Origin: a virus
Reading direction: 5' to 3' (one strand)
Virus record (IMG/VR): IMGVR_UViG_3300048910_000190
Span: 49,158 to 113,157 of that record
DNA: 64,000 nucleotides
The notes beneath the pieces are model-generated. The model was not told the DNA's origin. It searched no databases and worked only from the letters and a program-made list of their open reading frames with translations. Of the stretch, positions 7,065 through 15,729 are shown one piece after another. The position numbers were made by a program, and so were the translations under genes. The stretch's first letter is position 1. Each line of letters starts with the position of its first letter.

Positions 7065-7315
7065 GCGGCGGGGCCGGGCTTGAAGGGGCAGCGGCGCGCC
7101 CACTCGGCGAGGCGGATCACGGCCCGGGGGCCGAGCCTGTTGCCGTCACAGTCGACGGTGATGGTCCTCGCGGTCACCTTGCTGACGGTGCCGGTGCGCC
7201 AGATCTCGCCGACGCCGCCGTAACCGTTGTCATTGGTCCAGAACTGGATGCGGTCACCGGGCTTGAACTCGGCGAAGGAGGCGGGCTCCCAGCGCTCGGA
7301 GGCTTCGGTCGTCAT
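7061..7315 (-). CDS. Small beta-rich (SH3/KOW-like) hypothetical protein
   Basis: FKPGDRIQF...GTVSKVTARTITV pattern; RBS AAGGAG. Confidence 0.6.
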   Translation of the reverse strand: MTTEASERWEPASFAEFKPGDRIQFWTNDNGYGGVGEIWRTGTVSKVTARTITVDCDGNRLGPRAVIRLAEWARRCPFKPGPAA

Positions 7316-7352
7316 CGCGGTCTCCTTCGGTGGTCGGTGGGCGATGCGGCGG

Positions 7353-7532
7353 TCAGGCGACGCGGGGGGCGCGGGCAGCCTCGGTGTCGGCGGCGAGCTT
7401 GCCCGCGCGCTGGCAGTGCCCATCGGCCGCCATGGCGTCGCCCCGGTCGTTGGCGAGGCCGGCATCGTAGAGAGCCTGACCGTGGAGGATCTGCAGGCTG
7501 GCGACCTCGCTGGTGAGGTGATTGGTATCCAT
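7353..7532 (-). CDS. 59-aa hypothetical protein (MDTNHLTSEVASLQILHGQAL...)
   Basis: Manual translation; RBS AAGGAG. Confidence 0.6.
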   Translation of the reverse strand: MDTNHLTSEVASLQILHGQALYDAGLANDRGDAMAADGHCQRAGKLAADTEAARAPRVA

Positions 7533-7578
7533 GGCGGGCTCCTTCGGCAGGTGGTGCGCGGACGGGGTGGCGGTCGGA

Positions 7579-7911
7579 TCAGGCGGCGAGCGTGAGGGCG
7601 GCGGCGATGGCCTTGTACTCCGGCTTGCGGGGCTTGTACGAGGCGGCGATGCGGGCGATCTGCGCGGCCGTGTATCGGTAGACGGGGCCGGTGCACTCGC
7701 GCTCGGCGACCCATGCGATGCGGACCTGCACCTTGCCGAGCTGGCCAGCGGTGCGGAGCTTCTTGGCGACGGTGCGGAGGGCGTTGGTGACGCCGTTGAC
7801 GGTCTTGATGTCGGTGGTGAGCTTGCGAACTCGGGTGGCGATGGTGCGCTTGGCGTTGGCGCGGCGGCGGTCGCGGAGGAGGCGGGCGGCCTTGCGAGAG
7901 CTGGCGTTCAT
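7579..7911 (-). CDS. Highly basic hypothetical protein (possible nucleic-acid binder)
   Basis: Arg/Lys-rich 110 aa ending YKPRKPEYKAIAAALTLAA; first gene after a strong promoter. Confidence 0.75.
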   Translation of the reverse strand: MNASSRKAARLLRDRRRANAKRTIATRVRKLTTDIKTVNGVTNALRTVAKKLRTAGQLGKVQVRIAWVAERECTGPVYRYTAAQIARIAASYKPRKPEYKAIAAALTLAA

Positions 7912-7930
7912 GGTGGGCCCCTCCGGAGAC

Positions 7931-8066
7931 TGAGCGCTTGTTTTCAGCGCTTCTTGATGTCTCTAGATTAGGGTGGCGCCTTCCTTGATCGCAAGTATTC
8001 AGCGCTGATTTTCTTCTCTCTTGAGCGATGCTTCTCAGCGCTTGACCCCATCGCTACCCTTGAGCC
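7931..8066. promoter_or_regulatory. Divergent promoter region with repeated AGCGCT palindromes
   Basis: Minus-strand TTGCGA-N18-TAATCT (7994-7965); plus-strand TACCCT 6 nt before ATG 8067; AGCGCT at 7933, 7946, 8001, 8037 and AGCGAT at 8024. Confidence 0.75.
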
Positions 8067-8339
8067 ATGACCGACAAGACCAAGCACCCCCGAATCACAG
8101 CGATCGAGACCGCCTCCAAGCAGCTCGACAAGGCCCGCAAAGCCGTCGAGCAAGCCATCTTCGACGCCTACCGCGACCCCACCGTCAAGCGCGGAGACAT
8201 CGCCGACGCCTCCCCCTGGACCCCCGCCCACGTGCGCAAACTCGTCCGCGACGAAGGCATCGGCCCCGACCCCGCCTACGCCAAGCGAACCGAAACCGCC
8301 CGCAAGCGCGCAGCCGAACACGCGACGCCCGACGCCTGA
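8067..8339 (+). CDS. Small HTH-like regulator
   Basis: Lone plus-strand gene; KRGDIADASPWTPAHVRKLVRDEGI resembles an HTH; leaderless start. Confidence 0.7.
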   Translation: MTDKTKHPRITAIETASKQLDKARKAVEQAIFDAYRDPTVKRGDIADASPWTPAHVRKLVRDEGIGPDPAYAKRTETARKRAAEHATPDA

Positions 8340-8395
8340 CCCGTGCCCCGCCCGAAGCCGCCGGCCAGAGCCGAGCGGCGCTTTGTGCTGTCCGC

Positions 8396-8638
8396 TCACG
8401 GTCGCTCACCAGCCCACACGTACGCCCACATCGGGCCGCCAACAGCACCAACACCCGCGCGCCGATACACCCCGACGCGCGACGAAACGAACTCGTCTCC
8501 AGACGCCGTCACGACAGCACGCCAATCCGGAGCAAGCGCTACGAGGTACTCCCACGGCGGGGACCACGGATCACCCGGAATGACAAGCAGCTCGCCGTCA
8601 GCTGGTCCGCCAAAAAGTTCGATGCTGATGCCGCTCAC
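8396..8638 (-). CDS. Hypothetical phage protein
   Basis: IELFGGPADG motif; GTG overlaps the upstream stop. Confidence 0.65.
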   Translation of the reverse strand: MSGISIELFGGPADGELLVIPGDPWSPPWEYLVALAPDWRAVVTASGDEFVSSRVGVYRRAGVGAVGGPMWAYVWAGERP

Positions 8639-9078
8639 GGCTTCACCCGCCGCACGTCGATGCCCGCCCGCTCGGCACGCCGGACGCAATCCCACGTGCC
8701 CGTCGACCCGGTCGTCGGGAAAGCCACGCAGACCGCCGCGCCCAGGTCCACCATCAGCTGATTACGCCTGTGCCCAGCCGTCGGGCAGTACTCGGTCCCG
8801 TCTCGACGCCGGCGCCGATGCCCCGGCTGGCAGTCCGCTGCGCACTCCGCCCACACCGCCGGATGCGGCTCCGAGACGACGCCCAGCCCCTGATGCCCAA
8901 CCGCCCACAGATCGGCCAGCGTGTCCGCGCCCGGCGCCCCGCCGTGCACCACCGTGATCCCGTCCGCACCCAGTTGCATCGCGTCGAACCAGCACTCCAA
9001 GAGCGCGGCGTGGAGCAGCTCGGCATCGGTCCAGGAACGGCTGCCAGTGACCAGCACCCGCAGCAGGCGGCCGCTCAC
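8635..9078 (-). CDS. SLOG-family (DUF2493/YspA-like) nucleotide-binding protein
   Basis: VLVTGSRSW, VVHGGAPGAD, AGHRRNQLM, AFP...GSTGT..C motifs. Confidence 0.85.
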   Translation of the reverse strand: MSGRLLRVLVTGSRSWTDAELLHAALLECWFDAMQLGADGITVVHGGAPGADTLADLWAVGHQGLGVVSEPHPAVWAECAADCQPGHRRRRRDGTEYCPTAGHRRNQLMVDLGAAVCVAFPTTGSTGTWDCVRRAERAGIDVRRVKP

Positions 9079-9446
9079 AGGTCACCCCGCGCCCGAGCAG
9101 CCGCATACAACCGGGCCGTATGCGGCGTCCGCGGCGGCTCAACACCCCGCACCGCCCGGCACTTCCGGCCGGCGTCTGCGCCGCAGAACGAGCACGCCAC
9201 CGACAACGGACCCACCGAACCCAACTCCCGCAGCGCCGCCTCCAACTGCGCCCGGGCCTGCTCCAGCTCCGCCCTCGTGCTACACACCGAGGCCCCCGCC
9301 ACTGCGAGCTGCTCCGACAAGTGCGCCACACCCCGGCGCAGCGAAGCCGCCTCCACCGGCTGCAACGCCCGCGCAGCCCGCTCCACCAGCACAATCAACT
9401 GCTCCGGTGTGGGCAGCGGACCATGCGTCAACGTCGGGGCCGTCAC
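9075..9446 (-). CDS. Coiled-coil protein with phage Zn-finger (CxxC-A-G-C...H-R)
   Basis: VACSFCGADAGRKCR...PHTAR. Confidence 0.7.
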   Translation of the reverse strand: MTAPTLTHGPLPTPEQLIVLVERAARALQPVEAASLRRGVAHLSEQLAVAGASVCSTRAELEQARAQLEAALRELGSVGPLSVACSFCGADAGRKCRAVRGVEPPRTPHTARLYAAARARGDL

Positions 9447-9724
9447 GACTCGGCCCCACGCCGCGAATCCGCACCGGCCACCGGCGCCGGCCACGACCAC
9501 AACGTCCCGAACGGCTTCGCCTTCGCAACCAGACCAACCGTTGCCGGATCGGCGCAGCGTCGGTTCACGCCGAACAGGCCCACCCTGTGCCGGTCAGCCG
9601 CCGACTCGCAGCTGAAGAGTCGACAGCAGCCGGAACAGTGCGACCGCGTCGGGCCGGTCCACCACTGCCCGCACAAGCCGTGCCGTATCGCGTTCAAGGG
9701 AACCGCAGTCTCGGTGTCAGTCAT
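9443..9724 (-). CDS. FDXHR-like phage zinc-binding protein
   Basis: HCSGCCRLF...ADRHR...RCADPATVGL. Confidence 0.7.
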   Translation of the reverse strand: MTDTETAVPLNAIRHGLCGQWWTGPTRSHCSGCCRLFSCESAADRHRVGLFGVNRRCADPATVGLVAKAKPFGTLWSWPAPVAGADSRRGAES

Positions 9725-9821
9725 GAATGCCTCATCTCGCGTCAAAGGAAAGCCGTCAGCGGCCGAGCGGCCTGAAGACGGAGCGGAGGGCCGTCGGGTC
9801 CCTGAACGGTCCTGTGGGCCT

Positions 9822-10247
9822 TTACAGCGCAGGCCGGGCAACAGCGGCCGAATTCGTAGGGCGGCAACCGCCCGCACCCACATGCCAGCCCTGCGCCGCG
9901 AGCTCCTCGAACACCAGCCGGGCCTGCACGTCGGCGGGCGCGTTGCGTCGGGTCTCCAACACGGCGGTGACGACGGCACGTGCGGCATCAGGCCCGGCGT
10001 TGCCGCACGGCCGGCGCAACTCGGCGAGTTCGTCCTTCGCGGTTCGGAGCTGGGCGCGGGCCTGCTGCAGCTGGTGCTGGGCGCCTCCTGCGGTGCGCCG
10101 GTCTTGTTCGCGCCCGGCTTGGTCGCGGTGGTGGAGGGCGAGGAGCCGGTTGCGGTGGGCGGGGTCGAGGTGGGTGGCGGCTTGGCGGAGGAGTTCGGCG
10201 AGTTCGTCACGGTCGGCGGGGGCGAAGGCTGGGGTGGGGCGCTTCAC
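9822..10247 (-). CDS. Coiled-coil hypothetical protein
   Basis: GTG overlaps the upstream stop; heptad-rich. Confidence 0.65.
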   Translation of the reverse strand: MKRPTPAFAPADRDELAELLRQAATHLDPAHRNRLLALHHRDQAGREQDRRTAGGAQHQLQQARAQLRTAKDELAELRRPCGNAGPDAARAVVTAVLETRRNAPADVQARLVFEELAAQGWHVGAGGCRPTNSAAVARPAL

Positions 10248-10960
10248 GACGCGCTCCGGGTTGCGTGGCTGTCTGCGGCGTCTGGCTGCGGCCATGCTGC
10301 GGAGTTCATGAACATGAGCTCGGTGTCTGCGGACCGGTAGGCGTGGGTGCCGCGGAGTGGTCCGCCGCAGATGCGGCACTCGGCGTGGACGATCCAGCCG
10401 GCTTGTCCGCAGTCGAGGCAGCGGACGAGCCAGCAGGCGCGTTCGGGGGTGGCGGTCCACGCCGGGTGGCCGTGGTGCCGCCGGGCGATGTTGCGTTCGA
10501 CTTTGAAGTCGGACCAGAACGTGTCGCCCTGCAGCTGGTCGTAGCGCGGCTGGTAGGGCTCGGCGGGGTGGCCTATGAGCATCAGTTCCCCGCGTTCGGC
10601 GCACACGGTCCCGAACTCGACGGCTTTCTCGATGCGGGGCACGCCGGTGCCTTTGACCTCGATCCAGGTGCGGATCTCGGGCAGCCGGAAGTCCGGGACG
10701 TACAGCGCGCCGGACGGCAGCCGGACGGTCTCGGGCTCGTACTGCCAGGTGATGCCGAGAGTGTCGAGGGTGGCGGCCCAGTCCGCTTCGAGCTTGGAGC
10801 GGAACGTGACCCCGGCGTACCAGGACGGCAGCGCTTCGATGCGGATGCCGTCGGCGAGACCGCTGCCGGGCGTGTGCTCAGCACGGACGGCCTGCTGCTC
10901 GACGGCGACCGCGCTGGCCTGTCCGAGACGGATGAACTCGGGGATGTTCTGGATGTTCAC
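10244..10960 (-). CDS. PD-(D/E)XK endonuclease
   Basis: FRSKLEADWA...WQYEPE...YVPDFRL...WIEVKG. Confidence 0.85.
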   Translation of the reverse strand: MNIQNIPEFIRLGQASAVAVEQQAVRAEHTPGSGLADGIRIEALPSWYAGVTFRSKLEADWAATLDTLGITWQYEPETVRLPSGALYVPDFRLPEIRTWIEVKGTGVPRIEKAVEFGTVCAERGELMLIGHPAEPYQPRYDQLQGDTFWSDFKVERNIARRHHGHPAWTATPERACWLVRCLDCGQAGWIVHAECRICGGPLRGTHAYRSADTELMFMNSAAWPQPDAADSHATRSAS

Positions 10961-12270
10961 AGGACTGCTCCTGTCGGCGAGTGGCCGGTGAACTGGTCGG
11001 CGTCGATGGGCCGGTAGGTGCGCCACGGCCAGTTGCCGCTGTCGCCCTGGCGGATGAAGTGGGGCCAGGCGCGTTCGTCGCGGGCGCCTCGCCAGGGGAG
11101 TACCCGCCGGGCCCGGTCGTCGGCGGCGGAGCGTTCGTCTTCGACGGGGCGTAGGCCGAGGCCGAACTCGGGCCAGCGCAGCCACAGGCTGCTGCCGGTG
11201 GGCCGCAGTGCCCGGGGGCCCATGGGTCCGCCTTGGGGGGAGTGGGCTTCCATGGAGAGGGCGCAGCTGGCGGTGGCGCGGGCTTCGTCGAGCACCACCG
11301 TGATCTTGCGGGCGTGTTCCTCGCTGTTGGGGTCCCCGGTGTGCAACCGGTAGATCGGACCGACGATGAGCAGGTCGGGCATGACGGCTTCGACGCGGCG
11401 CATGAGCCACGCCCTGCCGTCTCCGCGGGTGAGGTCGACGCCTTCCGGGCGAAGGTCGATGTGCAACTGGCCGCGCTTGACGGGAGTCCCGGTGTGCTCG
11501 GCAATGTCGATGAGCCGCTGGTAGTGCCGGCGGGACTGCCGCGCGGAGTTCTCGCAGTCGAGGATCAGAACGCGCTGCGGGCCGAGCTCGTTGGTGCCGC
11601 CGAAGGGCAGCAGGCCGGCGGCGCCTGTGACGCCGATCTGGCGTTGCAGGACGGACTTGCCGCCGCCTTCGCCTGCGGTCCACACGATCCGGTCGGTGTG
11701 CTCCAGGTAGCCGGGCAGCGTCCAGTCGTGCTCGGGATCGTCGGTGGCGAGGAAGTCGTGGATGTCCTGCACGGGGGCGTCGTCAGCAGCCCGGCCGGCG
11801 TCGCGGACCTGGCGCAGTTCGGCGACGGCCTGCTCGGCGAGCTCGGACGCGTCGGCGCCGCTGTCAGGCTTGAACCCGGCCTCGCGGATCCGCGTGCCGG
11901 CCTTGATGAGGGCGCGGCGCAGGGCGAGGTCGCGGAGGCGGTGGTCGAGCCAGTCGACGGATCCGCCCCACGCGGCCATTTCGACGCACTGGTTGAGGTA
12001 GTCGAAGCCTCCGGCGCGTTGCGTGTCGCTGTGGGCTTGGAGGCGGGCGGCGACCGTGAGCAGGTCGACGGGCTCGCTGCTGTCGGAGAGGGCCTGGATG
12101 GCCCGGTGGATGACGGCGTGGGCGGGCCGGTAGTAGTCGGCGCCGGTGACGGTGATCTCTCGGAGGAGGCGCCGGGTGTCGCCGGTGATGAGCCGGCCGG
12201 TGAGTGCCTGTTCGGCGGCGAGGTCGTGGGGTTCGGCGCGGGTGGGGATGGGCTCGTCCTGGTCGGCCAC
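10957..12270 (-). CDS. Replicative helicase: DnaB N-terminal domain plus RepA/AAA_25-type ATPase
   Basis: PHDLAAEQAL...YYRPAHAVIHRAI..EPVDLLTV; Walker A AGEGGGKS; ILDCEN. Confidence 0.88.
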   Translation of the reverse strand: MADQDEPIPTRAEPHDLAAEQALTGRLITGDTRRLLREITVTGADYYRPAHAVIHRAIQALSDSSEPVDLLTVAARLQAHSDTQRAGGFDYLNQCVEMAAWGGSVDWLDHRLRDLALRRALIKAGTRIREAGFKPDSGADASELAEQAVAELRQVRDAGRAADDAPVQDIHDFLATDDPEHDWTLPGYLEHTDRIVWTAGEGGGKSVLQRQIGVTGAAGLLPFGGTNELGPQRVLILDCENSARQSRRHYQRLIDIAEHTGTPVKRGQLHIDLRPEGVDLTRGDGRAWLMRRVEAVMPDLLIVGPIYRLHTGDPNSEEHARKITVVLDEARATASCALSMEAHSPQGGPMGPRALRPTGSSLWLRWPEFGLGLRPVEDERSAADDRARRVLPWRGARDERAWPHFIRQGDSGNWPWRTYRPIDADQFTGHSPTGAVL

Positions 12271-13079
12271 TAGAAGATCCCCCTTTCGGTGTGGGCTTGG
12301 TGGGTGCCGACTGCGGGCCTCGGCTGGGCGCGGGCGGCTGCGCCCAGGGCTTTGAGGCGCAGCTGCGGGTACTGCTTGCGGAGCTTGGGCATCGACAGGA
12401 TGTTTCCGGCCCAGAAGTCGTCTGCCTGGCTCCAGCGGATGGCGCCGAGGACGTCGGCGAGGGGGACCTTGTCGACGTCGAGCATTCGGCGGGCCGAGTT
12501 GCGCCATGCCTGGGTGATGGCGGGGCGCCTTGTGCCGTTCTGCTCGATGAGGTCGGCCAGGAGTGTGCAGGCCTGTTCGACGTCGATGCGGGTGGGTTCG
12601 GAAGGCTCGGACGTGAGACGAAGAGAAGTTCCTTTCCCTTCCCTTCCTTTCCTTTCCTGTGAGGAGCCTTCACTGAAGCCTCCGTGAGGGCTCACGGAAT
12701 CGGCGTTTCCGCAGGTAGGACGGGGTGGAACGGGTCGAATCTCGCCATCGTCGGGGTCCGGGAGGCTACTGCCCGACGGACGGCTGATTCGCTGGTGTTC
12801 AGCCCAGTTCCGCACCGCCAAGTAGGAGCGCTCACTGAGGGTGTAACGAACAATCAGTGAGGCCTCCGTGAGGGCCCACAGGTCACCGTCGACGTCGGTC
12901 GCGGCCCGGTCATCGAGGGGCCACAGGGCAGCCTTCACGAGCCGCGGGTCGTCGATGCACCGGCCCTCGTCGTCGACGTGCGTCCATAGGCCGATGAAGG
13001 TGAGGCGCTGCTCCGGCGTCAGGCCGGCGACAGTGAGCGACGTGAAGAACGTCGGCTTGATCGTGCGGATGCGGGCCAT
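12270..13079 (-). CDS. Phage replication initiator (replisome organiser)
   Basis: MARIRTIKPTFF...FIGLWTHVDDEGR; C-terminal FWAGNILSMPKLRKQYPQL; directly upstream of the helicase. Confidence 0.85.
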   Translation of the reverse strand: MARIRTIKPTFFTSLTVAGLTPEQRLTFIGLWTHVDDEGRCIDDPRLVKAALWPLDDRAATDVDGDLWALTEASLIVRYTLSERSYLAVRNWAEHQRISRPSGSSLPDPDDGEIRPVPPRPTCGNADSVSPHGGFSEGSSQERKGREGKGTSLRLTSEPSEPTRIDVEQACTLLADLIEQNGTRRPAITQAWRNSARRMLDVDKVPLADVLGAIRWSQADDFWAGNILSMPKLRKQYPQLRLKALGAAARAQPRPAVGTHQAHTERGIF

Positions 13080-13154
13080 GGCGCTGCTTTCGAAAGGTGT
13101 GGTCAAGGGGGAGTGAGGGCCCCGGGGCCGGGAGGGGCGGCTTGAGGCGGAGGG

Positions 13155-14003
13155 TCAGGCCGCTTGCTGGGCTTGGCGGGCCCGGCGGCGCATCTTGCGC
13201 CCGGCAGCGGCGGCACTCACCGCGTCTCTGCAGGGCTGGCAGGTGGGTGTGCCGAGCTGGGAGTGGTCGTAGTAGCCGCCGGTGGTGCCGCACCGGCCGG
13301 TCCAGTCCGGTTGCGCTTCGGGGTCGGCGATCGTGTCGTCATCCCAGGCGAGCGCGGGCGCCCAGTGGTGCTTGGCGGCGGTTCGCTGCGAGCGGGCGAT
13401 GTCGTGGGGCCGGACACCGTGCTCTGCGGGGAACTGGTCCCACAGCTGGCCGTACAGGACGTGAATGGTGTGGGCGGTGCCGGCGCGGGCCTGCCGACGC
13501 CCATAGATGATGTCGACGATGGTGTGCAGGTCGAGGCGTGAGCGGCGGACGAGGTGGGACATCGGCCAGCCGCCCGCGATCAGGGCCTGCAGTTCCCGCC
13601 GGGGCCTGGTGGCGTCGGTGAGAGCGACACCACCGGCGGGCGGAATGGCCGGTACCTGAACGCCGAGGAGCGCTGTCGCGTTGGCCGGGCGTATGCGGCG
13701 GGAGGAGTTGTCGAGGAGGTGGTCGATGACTTTGGCGTTGACGGGGGCTGCGGCCGCCACCTGGGCGCGGGTGAGTCCTGCGTCGAGGACGGCTTGGACG
13801 TGGGCGCGGACGGGTTCGGCGTCGGCCCACGGGTTCCATGTGCCGTAGGCCTTCTGGCGGCGCCGGTTGGCTTCCCAGGCGTTCATGCGGACGGTGCATT
13901 TGAGGCAGCGGCACTTTTGGTGGGTGTAGGTGGAGAGCCTGCCGTGGACGAGGGCGTCGTCGGCTGCGGCGGGTGTGCTGGCGGTCGCAGCGGTGGTGTT
14001 CAC
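13155..14003 (-). CDS. DNA-binding protein with Cys motifs and HTH-like repeats
   Basis: HG..Y..KCRCLKC, VRAHVQAVLDAGLTRAQVA, RELQALIAGGW, C-terminal CGT...CQPC. Confidence 0.75.
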   Translation of the reverse strand: MNTTAATASTPAAADDALVHGRLSTYTHQKCRCLKCTVRMNAWEANRRRQKAYGTWNPWADAEPVRAHVQAVLDAGLTRAQVAAAAPVNAKVIDHLLDNSSRRIRPANATALLGVQVPAIPPAGGVALTDATRPRRELQALIAGGWPMSHLVRRSRLDLHTIVDIIYGRRQARAGTAHTIHVLYGQLWDQFPAEHGVRPHDIARSQRTAAKHHWAPALAWDDDTIADPEAQPDWTGRCGTTGGYYDHSQLGTPTCQPCRDAVSAAAAGRKMRRRARQAQQAA

Positions 14004-14054
14004 GGGCGCCTCGTTCTTGGTGGTGGATACGGCAGGCTCAACATCTGGCGGGGA

Positions 14055-14558
14055 TCAGAACGGCGGACTCTGGTCGTAGCTGCCCTGCTGTCCCTGCGGC
14101 GTGCCCCATCCGCCGCCCTGCGCGGGCGCGCTGGACGACGACCACGGGTCCTGGCTTTGCGTGGCGCCCTGGCGCTGCTGCTGGCCGCCCTGGTTCTGCG
14201 AGTTGGCCTTCTGAACGGCGGCAGTGGCGCGGGTGAGGTCGGGGCCGATCGCGTCGATCTTCACGGCGAGCTTGGAGCGCTTCTGCCCTTCCTTGTCCTC
14301 CCAGTTCTCCTGGACGACACGGCCGACGGCGACTACGGCCATGCCCTTCTGGAGGGATTCGGCACAGTTCTCGGCGAGGGACCGGAAGGCGGTGCAGTCC
14401 CACCAGGTGGTGTCGGTGTCCGACCACTCCTGGGTCTGCTCGTTCTTGGTGCGGCGGGAGGTGACGATCGAGAGGCGAACGATCGCAGTTCCGCTGGGGC
14501 TGAAACGCAGCTCCGGATCTTGGCCAAGACGTCCGGTGAGGGTGATGGGGGAGCTCAT
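14055..14558 (-). CDS. ssb: Single-stranded DNA-binding protein
   Basis: ITLTGRLGQDPELRFSPSG...LAENCAESLQKG...; Q/G-rich tail ending DQSPPF. Confidence 0.95.
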   Translation of the reverse strand: MSSPITLTGRLGQDPELRFSPSGTAIVRLSIVTSRRTKNEQTQEWSDTDTTWWDCTAFRSLAENCAESLQKGMAVVAVGRVVQENWEDKEGQKRSKLAVKIDAIGPDLTRATAAVQKANSQNQGGQQQRQGATQSQDPWSSSSAPAQGGGWGTPQGQQGSYDQSPPF

Positions 14559-14595
14559 TGAGCAGGTTCCTTCTGGTTGAGGGCTTGGCGGCTGG

Positions 14596-14895
14596 TCAGG
14601 CGGCGAGGCCGTGGCGTTCGATCTGGGTCTGGCGACGGTTCTGGGCTTGGCGGCCGCGGGCGCGGTCACGCGGGGTCCAACCGCCGCGGATCCCGTTGTT
14701 CTCACGGACCTTGATGCCCTTGCCCGCCTCGCTGACGAGGGCGTCTCGGAGGCATTCGGCAACTACAGGGCAGCGGCGGCACACGGCGCGGGCCTGGGTG
14801 ACCTGGAGGAGCGCCACGTCACTCTGGTAGCCGGTCGGGAAGAAGAGCTCTGGGTCATCGCGGCAAATGGCCCGCTTGGACCACGAATCGGTCAC
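14596..14895 (-). CDS. whiB: WhiB-family Fe-S transcription factor
   Basis: AICRDDPELFFP...ARAVCRRCPVVAECL; GIRGG in place of G(V/I)WGG. Confidence 0.9.
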   Translation of the reverse strand: MTDSWSKRAICRDDPELFFPTGYQSDVALLQVTQARAVCRRCPVVAECLRDALVSEAGKGIKVRENNGIRGGWTPRDRARGRQAQNRRQTQIERHGLAA

Positions 14896-15110
14896 GGCTG
14901 GGCCTCCTCTGCGAGGGCTTGTTCGATGGCGGTGATGCCGGCGCGGGCGTATCCGACGGGGGTGAGGGGCCCGCGGATTGCGGCGCGGACGGTGAGTGCG
15001 GCGCTCCAGGCGGCGGCGAGCACGCACAGCAGGGTCAGGAACAGGGCGACGAGGATGAACTGGGCGGCTGCCACCGGCAGTACGAGGAGGAGGCGGAATG
15101 CGCGGGTCAC
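14892..15110 (-). CDS. Small membrane protein
   Basis: Long hydrophobic stretch; coupled starts and stops. Confidence 0.65.
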   Translation of the reverse strand: MTRAFRLLLVLPVAAAQFILVALFLTLLCVLAAAWSAALTVRAAIRGPLTPVGYARAGITAIEQALAEEAQP

Positions 15111-15604
15111 GACAGCCTCCACACGCGGATCACGGCGCCAGGGGTGTCGAGGGCGTTCAGGCCTTCGCCGGGGAAGACCTTGGCCAGACGCTGGTACTCG
15201 ACGACTCGGGCGTCATCAGCCCAGACGCCAGCGGTGGTGAGGGCGTCCTCGGTGGAGCGGGCGAGCTTGCTGATGTCCGGGTACCGGATCGGCCAGGTCT
15301 GACGCCGCTTCGGTGCACTTGCCGGCTTCGGCAGGGTGAAGACCATTTCGGCGACCAGCGGCCCGTCAAGGGGCTCCCAGGGACCGAGGTCAGCGATCGC
15401 GAGGCGGGCGGCCGACTCGACGGCGCCACGCCAGGGCTTGACCTTCTTGGACGACTCGACGAGTACGGCGTGGGCCCGGCCGGTGGACTTGTTGGTCCGC
15501 TGGCCCTTGTAGGCCTTGCTGCCCTGCGGGGCCGGGATGCCGAGGACGGTGATGGCTACGACCTGGGGTAGGTCCAGGAGAGGCGGTGCGAGGTTGAGGG
15601 TCAT
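15107..15604 (-). CDS. rusA: RusA-family Holliday junction resolvase
   Basis: GIPAPQGSK, ESSKKVKPWR, PDISKLARSTEDALT, WADDARVV. Confidence 0.92.
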   Translation of the reverse strand: MTLNLAPPLLDLPQVVAITVLGIPAPQGSKAYKGQRTNKSTGRAHAVLVESSKKVKPWRGAVESAARLAIADLGPWEPLDGPLVAEMVFTLPKPASAPKRRQTWPIRYPDISKLARSTEDALTTAGVWADDARVVEYQRLAKVFPGEGLNALDTPGAVIRVWRLS

Positions 15605-15729
15605 GTTCGTCGGCTCCAGGCGGTGTAGGCGAGGGTGATGGCGGCGAGGCCGAGGATGAGGAGTACGGCGGCGGCGAGTTGGGGCCAGCCCGGGTCAGTG
15701 ACGACCCGGGTGGCAACGTCGTGGATCAC
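15601..15729 (-). CDS. 42-aa single-TM peptide (MIHDVATRVVTDPGWPQLAAAVLLILGLAAITLAYTAWSRRT)
   Basis: Manual translation; start and stop overlap both neighbours. Confidence 0.65.
   Translation of the reverse strand: MIHDVATRVVTDPGWPQLAAAVLLILGLAAITLAYTAWSRRT

Noticed and set aside
12631-12658. Pyrimidine tract TTCCTTTCCCTTCCCTTCC as an independent repeat
   Set aside because: Explained by the ERKGREGKG linker codons of the initiator; kept only as context for the origin candidate
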